Below, piece after piece: positions 37,212-51,443 of a DNA stretch of 64,000 nt. Under the pieces are notes generated by a model. That model saw nothing but the letters and a program-made list of their open reading frames with translations, did no database searches and was not told the DNA's origin. Every line of letters begins with the position of its first letter. Positions within the stretch are counted from its first letter, which is position 1. Position numbers and translations under genes: made by a program. Origin of the DNA: Piromyces finnis finn (taxonomy: Eukaryota; Fungi; Neocallimastigomycota); contig MCFH01000030.1 in NCBI GenBank assembly GCA_002104945.1, positions 310,001 through 374,000 of the forward strand, given 5' to 3'.

Positions 37212-38216
37212 TTAATTGATTTCTTCAACATCTTTAGTTATTAATTCTTCTTCAGTTGATACTGGAAGAGCTTTAGTGGATGGGATTGATTTGGTAGTTG
37301 GTAAAGATTCATCTTCAGTTGGAATAGTTTTAGCAGATGGAACTGATTTAGTTGGAACTGATTTAGTAGTTGGTAAAGATTCATCTTCATTTACACTTAT
37401 TGGAGTTGGAATAGTTTTTGATGTTGATGGAAGATCGACATCAGATAAGTCCTTTGGTGGAGCTTGAGCTGATTCTGGTTTAGATGGGTGATTGCCATTA
37501 GATAAATCTTTTGGTGGAGCTGGAATCTTCTTGCTACCATTAATTTCTGGTAAATGGCCATTAAACATTGTATTATTAAATTTTGGGAAACCGCCCTTCA
37601 TACCACCAAACATAGTATTGTTAAACTTTGGGAAACCGCCCTTCATACCACCAAACATAGTATTATTAAACTTTGGGAAACCACCCTTCATACCACCAAA
37701 CATAGTATTGTTAAACTTTGGGAAACCACCCTTCATACCACCAAACATAGTATTGTTAAACTTTGGGAAACCACCCTTCATACCACCAAACATAGTATTG
37801 TTAAACTTTGGGAAACCACCCTTCATACCACCAAACATAGTATTGTTAAACTTTGGGAAACCACCCTTCATGCCTTCATGGTTTGGTAATCCCTTCATAC
37901 CTGGACCAGAAGTTGAATTAAACTCTGGTAATCCTTTCATACCACCATTTTTTCCGAAATCTGGAATATTACCTGGTTTATTTGTTGGAAGTGTTTTTGA
38001 TGAAATTGTTTTGCTTGGCTTTGTTTCATCTAATAAACTTTCAGTTGGAAGTTCAGTTGGAATTGACTTTGGTGGCATAGCAACATCATCATCAATATGT
38101 TTATCAAGAGTATTTATTGGTAATTCTTCTTCTTCATTTAAAATTTGAGGATAGGCTGAAGAATAAACAGCAAAAGCAATAGCAAAAATTAAAGCAAGTA
38201 AATTGGATCTAACCAT
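37212..38216 (-). CDS. Intronless secreted protein with seven 15-aa GGFPKFNNTMFGGMK repeats and Pro/Thr/Ser-rich flanks
   Basis: 334-aa ORF with signal peptide MVRSNLLALIFAIAFAVYSSA; no family recognised. Confidence 0.8.
   Translation of the reverse strand: MVRSNLLALIFAIAFAVYSSAYPQILNEEEELPINTLDKHIDDDVAMPPKSIPTELPTESLLDETKPSKTISSKTLPTNKPGNIPDFGKNGGMKGLPEFNSTSGPGMKGLPNHEGMKGGFPKFNNTMFGGMKGGFPKFNNTMFGGMKGGFPKFNNTMFGGMKGGFPKFNNTMFGGMKGGFPKFNNTMFGGMKGGFPKFNNTMFGGMKGGFPKFNNTMFNGHLPEINGSKKIPAPPKDLSNGNHPSKPESAQAPPKDLSDVDLPSTSKTIPTPISVNEDESLPTTKSVPTKSVPSAKTIPTEDESLPTTKSIPSTKALPVSTEEELITKDVEEIN
37561..37875 (-). repeat. Coding tandem repeat, 45-bp unit x7
   Basis: ccaaacatagtattgttaaactttgggaaaccacccttcatacca repeated with very few substitutions. 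Confidence 0.95.
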
Positions 38217-39828
38217 TTTTGTTAAAATATTATAATTAATAATTTATTATATTTACAATTAATATACAGATTGAATAATTTATTTAATATACAAGTTTTA
38301 TTAATGATAAAAATAAATTACAAAAAAAAAGAAGAAAAGAAAATATTTATATACACAAAAAAAAAAAAAAAAAAAAAGAATTAAGAAAAAAAAATCAATA
38401 CATTATAAGCCAATGATTTTATTTTAATTCTTTTTTTTTATTAAAATCTAAATAGATGTAATTGATAAAATAATTAAATTTAATTTATTTAATTATTAAA
38501 TATAAATAAAGTATTTTTTAATAATTCGATACAATATTAATTTATATTCATTATTATGTATATAAGTTGTAAAATGAAATAATGAACTAGTCAATATTCC
38601 CCAAAAATTAATATTAGTATTATTAATATATTTATATATGAATATATGAAATATTTACTACGATAATTAAAAAAAAAACAATAAAAAAATACATGAAAAG
38701 AAAAATATTAATAAAATAATTATTTTGTTTTCTTTTTGTGCTACACAGAATATGATATTAATGATATTAATTTATTATTTAATTAGATTATTGGCATATC
38801 TTATACTTTTAATAAATTAATTAATTTCAGCAAAATTTCTTCCGCATATTTTATTATCATTTAAATATCATATAAACTCTATAATATATAAAAATTTAAA
38901 AATTAATGTTAAAATATTAATAATATGATTATAAAATACAATTATTGAATTAATCCAATATTAGTTTGTAGAATATTAAATAGAAATTTAAATTTAAAAT
39001 TTATAATATTTATATTAACGGACGATATGAAAAATATTTATAGCATGCCGTTAATATGGAATTCTGGGCTTCTTCTATATAAAGTCATGTATTCATGTGA
39101 TTTTAATGTAAAAAGAATATATATTGTTTTTAAACATATTTTTATGTTTTTATGATTGTTAAAAAGTTAAAGTATCAATTTTATTTTAAAAGAATAATGA
39201 TTAAACATATTAATATCATATTATGATAATTTATATAAAATAAATAAAATAAAATAGTATTTTAACTTATTTTTTCTTCTTTTCTATATTATTTTTCCTT
39301 CTTTAATCAAAAAATTATTCATATTTTGGTAAATTTCAATCTTCCCTTTATCATTCTATTTTTCAAAGAAGTCTTACTTTTATTTGGTACATTCAATTAA
39401 TATTATTACATAACATTTTCCCCTTTATATAGATTAATAATTAATAAATAATAGTAATAGTAGTTTACTAATTAAACTATATATTTATTTTTAATCTTTT
39501 TATATGATGTAATTATTAAAAAAAAAAAATAAAAATCGTTTAATTTATACATAAATCAAATAATTTAAAACATTCTTAATAATATATATATATAAACAAG
39601 AAATTGAAACCAAAAATTAACATAAAAATAAACTTAAATAATTATAAATTATATACATAAATTATATTTTTTATTTATATATTATTAAATTTATAAATAT
39701 ATTTTAATTAGTTAAGATAATACTGTTTTGTATATATTTTCAAATTAGAAAATACTAAACTATGATAATTATTAAATAAAACTTAAATGATAAATGTAAT
39801 ATATAGAGAGATATTATTCTATATTGTA

Positions 39829-42800
39829 TTATTGCTCTTTTAAAATAAGATTATCTGGTATTTCATTATAGTTTGATTTTAATTTTTTCTTTAGTTGCTC
39901 AATTTCATTTCTAAGTGATTCTATAAGTTTTTTATCTTCTAAATTTATATTTAAATAAATAATTAAATATCGAATTATCATCATTATTATTGATTAATAA
40001 CAAAATAGCTAAATTGAAATTTCTAAATATATACCTTTATTTTCCAAACTTGATATATCTTCTTTCTCTTTTTCAGAATTAACTTTTTTTATTTCAATAT
40101 TATCATCTTTTTTATCAATTTCCATTTCATTATCATTATTGTTATTTTCTTTTTTGTATATAACAAAATAATTTTATATAAAAATATTAATTTTCGTATC
40201 AAAAAAAAAAAAAAAAAATAAGTAAATAAATAAATAAATAATAATAACCTTTATTCTCCAATCTATTACTATTAATTTGTAATTTTTCAATTGTCGATCT
40301 TGCTTCAGTTAGTTTCTTTGTTATATCTTTTAATTGTTCCTGAGTTTCTTTTAATTGTTCATCTTTTGTTTTCATTTCTTGAATAAATAATTCATTAAGT
40401 TCATCAACAGCTTTTTTTACAACTATTTTAAATTAAATAAAATATTATTAAAATAAAATTCAATTTTTTTTTAATATATCAATTTCATTGCTATTATTGG
40501 CATAATTATTTTTGAATTTTTACCATATAAAATTTTTGAACTCTTAGATTTTATTGATAATGTTTCATTTGGGTTAGAATAATCTTCTTTTGAATCATTT
40601 ATTTCTTCTCTTATACTTGGATATGTTACTTTTACCTCATTTGCTGAATTCATATATGCTTTTGCTTTTATTTTTAACTTTTCTTGAGAAATATTTGTCT
40701 ATATTTATTTTTATTTTATTTTTTAAATAGATTAATCATTGTTCATGTTGTATTATTTATTAAAAACTATATATAAAATGTAAAAATTTACATTTAAATT
40801 CAAGTTATCATTTAATAAAAGATCTTTTTTCAAAGCTTTAACACCATAAAATAATGGCGATATTCCCGCATTATTCTCAATTTCTGGATTCGCCCCAAAA
40901 TTAATTAATAAATCAATCATTGATTTATTTCCTATTCTTGATAAAATATTTAATGCTGTATCACCATTTTGATCTTTAAAATCAATAATAACATTATATA
41001 TATTTTCACTTTTTTTCATTTTTTCTAATAATACTTTTAAATAGTAATATGCAGCATTAACTCTATCTTTTCTACTTGAAATATATGCAATATGATGTAG
41101 TAATGTTCTACCACGATAATCAACATAAATAATAGTATTTTGTAAAAGAGTTAATAAATCAGCAAACGTCTTATAATCATAATTATGAGTTGAAAGAACT
41201 GCTCTTATCAATGCTGTTTCGCCATATATATTTTTACTTTTGATATCAGCTCCTTTCTCAATAATTAATTTTATTATATTAATTCTTGCAAGTGTTGATG
41301 CCCAATGTAATGCAGTATGACCTTGGTCATCAATTACCATATTTATATCATCAGTAGATAACCTTGAACTTGTTAGAATTTCTGGAATGGCTGTTTGATC
41401 ATCATTCAAAAATATTTCCATTAGTGATGCTCTAACTTTTTCTTTTTTTTCACTAATCATTCCTGGTACTTGATTATACACATCTGTTATATACATATAT
41501 ATTATTTTATTTTATAGTTAATTCCAAATTAATATAAATATTACAAAATATTATATTAATAGTTTAAATTTAATTATTCAATATGATGCTATCAAAATAT
41601 CTTACTCCTAAACTATAAAATATTTTAATATTAATAATTATAATCATATATACGTGAACCTACTTTCTGGAGTTAATGTATAATTTAACGGGTATGTTGT
41701 AGGATTATTTGATATTGGGTATGGATATAAAGTATTATTATTTGAGTATCTTGAGGTTTGATACATATATGAATTCATGTTACTAGGAAATAAACTTTGT
41801 ACCATATTTATAGATGGTTGAGTTGTGTCATATAAGATAGAATTATTGTTATTATTACTATTATTACTTGAATTATTATTTACATCATCACTGATATTAA
41901 TATTGTTATTGTTATTGTTGTTATTATTTAACTTTTGTTTCTTCCGGGATAGCTGAGGGGATGATATTGATGAGTTATATTTATTATCATTAGAGTTTAG
42001 ATTTGAGTTTTTATTGCATGTTCCCTGGGTGTTTCCTGAATTTTTAATATTATTTGGATTATCAGCATCTTAATAATAAAGTAATAATTAATATAATATA
42101 TTTATTAATTTATAAAAAAGATTATATGCATAAATACCAATATTTATCCTCAAATTTGAATTAAGATTTTTTAATTCTGACTTTTTTATGATTACTTTAT
42201 TAATAACTGGAGTAACATTTTCATTATCATCAATTTTATTTGGTTGATTATTAGAATCATTAATATTTGTGATATTACTAGGAGATGTACTTGCACCATT
42301 ATCATTATTGTAGCCAGTATTACTTGATACACTTCCTCGTTTTCTTCTTGAAGCATGAGCTTTCTTATGAACATTATTTGAATTTACATTACTGTTTCTT
42401 GCTATTTGTTCTTTTGGTTGAGTTTTAACTGGGCGAACATTTGCTGGTTCAAAGTCTAATAACGGTTTTATAGAACCATCTACATCATATTCCTTTGCTA
42501 ATGCAACACCCCTTGGAAAAGGAATCCTATAACAAATACATTAATTAATAGAATAAATAATCTTTTTAAATACTCTATCATATATGAATTTATTTTAGTC
42601 TTTTTTTTATGATTAAATTTATATATATAATTCAAATTATTTTTTTTATTTAAAATTATCGATAATACTATGGTTTGAATTAAATTTCATTTATTTTTAT
42701 TTTTATTTTTATCATTATCTTTATTTTTATTTTTATTTTTTACTTTTTAAATAATTTGATTTATACAAAAAAAAAAAAATTAAGTAAAAATATAAATTTC

Positions 42801-43098
42801 ACATAATATTTTAATGATATAAAATTTTGTTAATTTACCATGTTCCTTGGTATTTCCCATAACCCCCTTGAACTTTTTCATGTTCACCATTTAAAACTTC
42901 CTTTTCAAGAATTTTAGTTCTTCTTCCTTTATCAATACCGGCTACTTTTAAAATCTGTGTAGCATTTAAAAATGAGTCAGATCTTCTTCTCATGACTGAA
43001 ACATTACCACACATCATTTCATATACTGGTACACCTGAATATGTACTTGTATATATTGTTGTTGCATTTTTATTTAAAATAGCTTTTCTATTTGTCAT
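39829..43098 (-). CDS. MBP1: MBF/SBF transcription factor (KilA-N/APSES domain, ankyrin repeats, coiled coil), Mbp1/Res2-like (multi-exon)
   Basis: [42 protein letters not shown]|IPF is the Mbp1/Swi4 DNA-binding domain. Ankyrins [13 protein letters not shown] and [14 protein letters not shown]. Stop at 39829-39831. The symbol is tentative among the Mbp1/Swi4/Res paralogues. Confidence 0.85.
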
Positions 43099-43810
43099 AT
43101 GGGAATATTTAAATTGTTTTTATAATCAACTTTTATACGATTTTTTTTTAATTTCAAATTCAAAATTCAAAAAATAATTTTTACAAAAAAAAAAAAAAAA
43201 AAAAAAAAAAAGATTATAAAGATATATTATTGCAGAATATTTAATATATTAAGATTTTTAATCTTAATTTTCATTTAATTTTTTTTTCATATTAATCCAT
43301 TTTTTAATTATGATTTTAATTAATTTTAAAAATAATTAAATGTAACATTTTTTTCTATAATATTAAAATTTCAAATAAAGTTTAAATTATTTGAATTCTT
43401 TATTAAAATTAATTAAAATAACATATATTAACTTTTATGGTTAAAATTAAAATTATATAAAAATTTTTACTTTTCATATTTTTAAACTCTTGTAATACTA
43501 TTTTTTATAATTATTGAATATGATGTGAATAGAAAATATATTAACTATATATAAACTAAAACAGTTTTATGTAATATGTTAATAGAAATGCAAAAATATT
43601 AAAATTAAATAATATATTATTTAAAGAATTTTTTAATTATTAAATTTCAATAGATTTAAAAATGATATTATTATTATAATTATTATTAATATTATATTAT
43701 ATTATAAGTAGCTGCTTTTTGATTATATTGATTTCATTATTATAATTATATTATTTTATTTAATATAACATAATTTATTTTTCTCAAAAAATTTTTAAAA
43801 AGTATATAAT

Positions 43811-46651
<2,841 letters not shown>

Positions 46652-48179
46652 TTATTATAATAAACAATGAAACAAAATACTTCTTAAAAAAGGTGAATTT
46701 ATTACTAGCACAAATATTATTATATTTCAATAACAACAAAATTTTCTTTAAATTTATTTATATTTTATTATTTAATATGTATGTTTTTTTTTTCTACTGT
46801 TATTTATTAAAGAAGTAAAATATTTATGATATATCATTATTTTTGTTTATCATAACTAAATATAAATACTATCCTTTTAAAACTTTTATTTCATGAATTT
46901 TTAACTTTGGATAAAAAGTTATAAAATTTAATAGAAAATAATATAATATCATTATCATACCAAAAAGTAAAAAATAAAGTAAACATTATATTAATTATAT
47001 ATATTATAATATAAATAAACTAAGTTTTTAAAATTTAAAAATTCTTATATATAAAAATTTTAAAATCATAATACATTTTAAAATTATATAAATGTATTTT
47101 TTCTAATGATCAATAATGATTGATAATAACGAAAAAGAATTATATATTCATATTATCTTAATTTTTATTTTAAAATATAAAGAAGAAATTATTATTAATA
47201 ATAGCATAATATATCAATTATTTTTGATATTTATATATAATCGCTTTTTCTCTTTTAGATAATTTGTAAATATTCTCATTAAATTAACAAAAAGTAATAA
47301 TTAAAAGTCAGATTTAACATAAATTTATGTATCATAACATGTGCTACATTTATTATATTAATTAAAAAATTATTTTTTTTGTACATATATCAAATAAAGT
47401 TTAATTTAAAATTTTACTATCAAATGTTTGTACTACTACTTCAAAAAAACAATAAACAAGTAATACTTATTTATAATTTATATATATTAAAATATATTAT
47501 CTTATAATGAATAATATATTGTATTCATTAAATTTTCAAATTTTAATATAACTATTATATATTTTCTTATTAAAATCGAAATTATTGGTTTATTTTATAT
47601 TAAAATTTCGATTTCTGATTAAAGATTAACTTTAATTATATTTAATATTATACTACTTATTTAATTAAAAAATGTATTTATAATTTTATATATTATAAAT
47701 AAAATTTATTTTATCTCTAATATACAATTTTTATTAATAATATAATATATTAAATATTATGGTTTTTTTATGAAACTTTTTGTAAACATTTAAATTTACT
47801 ATCTAAAAATAAAGGAAGTAGCTTATAAATCTAATCTAACAGAAAATTTAAATTTAAAAAAAAAAAAAAGTAAAAAAAAAATAACAAAAAAAAAAAGAAT
47901 AAAAAAAATACTTTTATTTATATATAAATCATAAAAAATAATATTAATATAATCTTTTATTTTTTTTCAACTTTTTTTAAAAGATTTGTATTTAATGAAA
48001 GATAATTAAAGTAAAATATTTAAATTAGTTTACAATATATTTTGAAAGTTATAATTATAATAATAATTCAAAAATTAAATAATAAAATAAAATAGTAAAC
48101 AGAATCGAAAACAAGATATATATATAATAAATTTAGATAATAAATTAATAGCAAAAGTAATATATATATATAAAATAAA

Positions 48180-50480
48180 ATGGGAAGTGAAGTAAGTAAA
48201 GAAACCGAAGAAAATCAAATTAATAATTCCGAGAGTCAGACAACAAAAAAGTCTGGATGGTTTGAAAATATTTTCAAAGGTGATGATGAAAAATCAACTG
48301 AACTAAGTCCTAGTCCTACTGAAACTTCAACTTATATGCAGCCAACATTTGTTCCTGAGACAACAACAACAGTGGCGCAGATAACAATGACTAAGAAAAA
48401 GAAAACGAAAACCGCAACTGCTACTTCAACTCCAACTTCAAATAATGATGATGATGTTGCAAATGAAAATGATGGTTCAGGTAATAATACTTTAAAATAT
48501 TGCGGAATTGGACTTGGTATTGTAGTTGCAATTTTAATAATTATAATTCTAATAAAAAAAATGAAAAGAAGTTCAAATAGTGGAGGGGCTTATGATTATA
48601 ACAGTCAAGAATATCAAACTTTGAACTCTTCCCCAAAACAACAAAGTGGTTCAATGTATACAGGACCTGTTTATAAACCAAATATTGAAAATCAATATTC
48701 TAATCCAGTAAGTATGGGAGTTGCAACAAGTGTAGATACTGCTTCATTACAAAGAAAACAAAAACAAGAAATGGATGCAACAGCTTTGGCATATAATACT
48801 GGTACTTTACCAAATTATAATAGTCCACCAAAACAACCTTCTCCTCAAGCTTTACCACAAACTTCTCCACAAACAATGCCACAAACTCCTATGGCTCAAG
48901 TTTATAATTATAATCAACAAGATTATAATAGTCCACAAGTCTTTACTCAACAAGCTGTAAGTCCAGCAAATTATGATAATATAGGTGGTTATGATCAATA
49001 TAATCAAGGATATCAATATGGTCAACAAAACTATGATAATGTAAATGGATTCAACAACATGAATAATAATCCATATAATATGCAATATAATAATTATAAT
49101 AATGGAATGCCAGTAGATCAAAGTGGCATGAATTCATCGTTATCTATACCAGTTACAGCAACTGGAACTGGAGGTGTTATTGTTAGTGCTACTTATGCAT
49201 CATCTCAAACAACATCTGTTAAAAATGCAGATGGTACTGTATCAGAAACGGTAGATTATTCAACAACCAATACATATGAAGTTGACCGTGATTATGTTGC
49301 AATTTATAGTTATGAACCTGCTATGACAGATGAACTTGCTATAAAGGTCAATGATTGTATACATCTTTTAGAAATGTACAGTGATGGTTGGGGTTATGGT
49401 AAGAATGTAACAACAGGTCAAATAGGTATTTTACCATTAAATCGTTTAAAGATTGATGAAAATGATAAGGATACTAAAGAAGATCCAATAGAAAAATTAA
49501 GAAGTAATAATAAGTCATTTAATGATATATCAAAAAGAACAGTTTCTATGAATAAAAGACCAAAAGAAGCTGAAGAATTCAACGAAAATAAAAATGAAGG
49601 TAAAGACAGAAAAAGAAGAAGTGATGATAGTGATTATGACCGCAGAAAGCGTTATTCTGATGATGAAGATGATTATGATAGAAGAAGAGATAGAGATAGA
49701 AGAAGATATGATGATGAAGATGATTATGAAAGAAGAAGAAATAAAGATAGAGATAGAAGAAGATATGATGATGAAGATGATTACGAAAGAAGAAGAAATA
49801 GAGATAGAAGAAGATATGATGATGATGATGATTATGAAAGAAGAAGAAATAGAGATAAAGATAGAAGAAGATACGATGATGATGATTATGAAAGAAAAAG
49901 AGATAGAGATAGAAGAAGATATGATGATGATGATGATTATGAAAGAAGAAGAGATAGAGATAGAAGAAGATATGATGATAAAAAAGAATATAATGACAAA
50001 GATCGTGAATATGAAAGAAAAAAATCTTACCGTGAAGAAGGGGATAGTGATAAGATGGAAAGAAAAAATTCAGAAAATAAAAAGACATATCGTGAAGAAT
50101 CTGAAGATGAGTCAATTAATAATACTTCTGGTTCTGAAAGAAGAAAACGTTATAATGATGAACAATCCGATTACAAGGAAAAGACTTCCGATAATGAAAG
50201 AAAGAAATCTTATCGCGAAGAACCAAATGAAAGCAACTCTTCAAATTATGAAAGAAAAAAATCTTATCGTGATGAACCAAATGAAAGCAACTCTTCAAAT
50301 TATGAAAGAAAAAAATCTTATCGTGATGAACCAAATGAAAGCAACTTTTCAAACTATGAAAGAAAAAAGTCATACCGTGAGGAACCAAAAGAAAATACTG
50401 AATCGAAATCAAATGATGATAGTAATGGAATTGAAGAATATGTTACAAGAACTTATAGAAAAGCTTCATATGAAAATTAA
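48180..50480 (+). CDS. Intronless single-TM, SH3-domain protein with a charged D/E/R repeat tail
   Basis: Ser/Thr-rich N-terminus, TM YCGIGLGIVVAILIIIILI followed by KKMKR, SH3 YVAIYSYEPAMTDELAIKVND..YSDGWGYG..GQIGILPLN. The tail has RRRYDDEDDYERRR repeats and 18-aa ERKKSYRDEPNESNSSNY repeats. Confidence 0.85.
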   Translation: MGSEVSKETEENQINNSESQTTKKSGWFENIFKGDDEKSTELSPSPTETSTYMQPTFVPETTTTVAQITMTKKKKTKTATATSTPTSNNDDDVANENDGSGNNTLKYCGIGLGIVVAILIIIILIKKMKRSSNSGGAYDYNSQEYQTLNSSPKQQSGSMYTGPVYKPNIENQYSNPVSMGVATSVDTASLQRKQKQEMDATALAYNTGTLPNYNSPPKQPSPQALPQTSPQTMPQTPMAQVYNYNQQDYNSPQVFTQQAVSPANYDNIGGYDQYNQGYQYGQQNYDNVNGFNNMNNNPYNMQYNNYNNGMPVDQSGMNSSLSIPVTATGTGGVIVSATYASSQTTSVKNADGTVSETVDYSTTNTYEVDRDYVAIYSYEPAMTDELAIKVNDCIHLLEMYSDGWGYGKNVTTGQIGILPLNRLKIDENDKDTKEDPIEKLRSNNKSFNDISKRTVSMNKRPKEAEEFNENKNEGKDRKRRSDDSDYDRRKRYSDDEDDYDRRRDRDRRRYDDEDDYERRRNKDRDRRRYDDEDDYERRRNRDRRRYDDDDDYERRRNRDKDRRRYDDDDYERKRDRDRRRYDDDDDYERRRDRDRRRYDDKKEYNDKDREYERKKSYREEGDSDKMERKNSENKKTYREESEDESINNTSGSERRKRYNDEQSDYKEKTSDNERKKSYREEPNESNSSNYERKKSYRDEPNESNSSNYERKKSYRDEPNESNFSNYERKKSYREEPKENTESKSNDDSNGIEEYVTRTYRKASYEN

Positions 50481-51177
50481 TATGAAAATTAATATCTTTA
50501 ACTAAATAATATTTTTTATTTTCAATATAAAGAAAGGAAAACCTTTACTTTCTAATAAAAATTTTTATAGATAAATAAATTAAATTTTTAAAGTATAATT
50601 AATTATGATAAATCATAACAATATATATTTTCATTTTTTTAATAAAATTGTTTAAAACATTTGAAATATTTGTATTTTTAAAAATAACTTTAAAAATAAA
50701 ATAAAAAAAATTTAAATTTTTGAAATTCTATGTTGTTATTTCATTTATATATACAATTAGTTTTTATATTTAAGTAGAAATATATTTGTGTTACATATTT
50801 TCTGATACATAGATTTTAATATTACTATTATACAATAGATGATATTTTATTGAGGAAACATATTATTTTTAAAATATTATTTAAAATTTAATTGAAAATC
50901 ATAATAAATTAAAAAATTTAATCAATAATTGAAATTTAAAATTAAACCTATTATATAAATAAATTATAAGATAGAATATAAGAACTTTAAAAAAAAATAA
51001 AAAACAATTTTAAAAGAGAATAATATATTTACTAAAATAAAATTGTTTAATATTTCGTATATCATTAATATGAAATGAATAAAATTGTATAATTATCTCT
51101 TAAATAACTTCTTTTTAATCATAAAATTCACTAAATAAAATAAATTTTGTCAAAAATTTTCCAAGAATAATTTAATT

Positions 51178-51411
51178 ATGTATTATTCTACAGGTAGTCC
51201 AAAAATATTTAGCATTTGCAAATCAAATATTGATATTAATTCTTCAGCAAACAATGATGCAAATTTCGAAATAGCTGAACCATCCTCATTGATTCAAATT
51301 AAAAAGAATGAAGACTGTTCCCTTTTTGCAGCAATTAATAAACAGAGTATTTATTTATGGAATGTTAGAGTAAATATTGGAACGAGTAATAAAATTATAA
51401 GGACTTTAAAA

Positions 51412-51443
<32 letters not shown>

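Noticed and set aside
37216-38148. Plus-strand ORFs overlapping the secreted repeat gene
   Set aside because: Antisense shadows. The minus frame has the ATG, signal peptide and AT-rich flanks.
48700-50505. Overlapping His/Phe-rich and Met/Ile/Glu-rich ORFs
   Set aside because: Frame shadows of the GAT/AGA-rich repeat tail of the SH3 protein.
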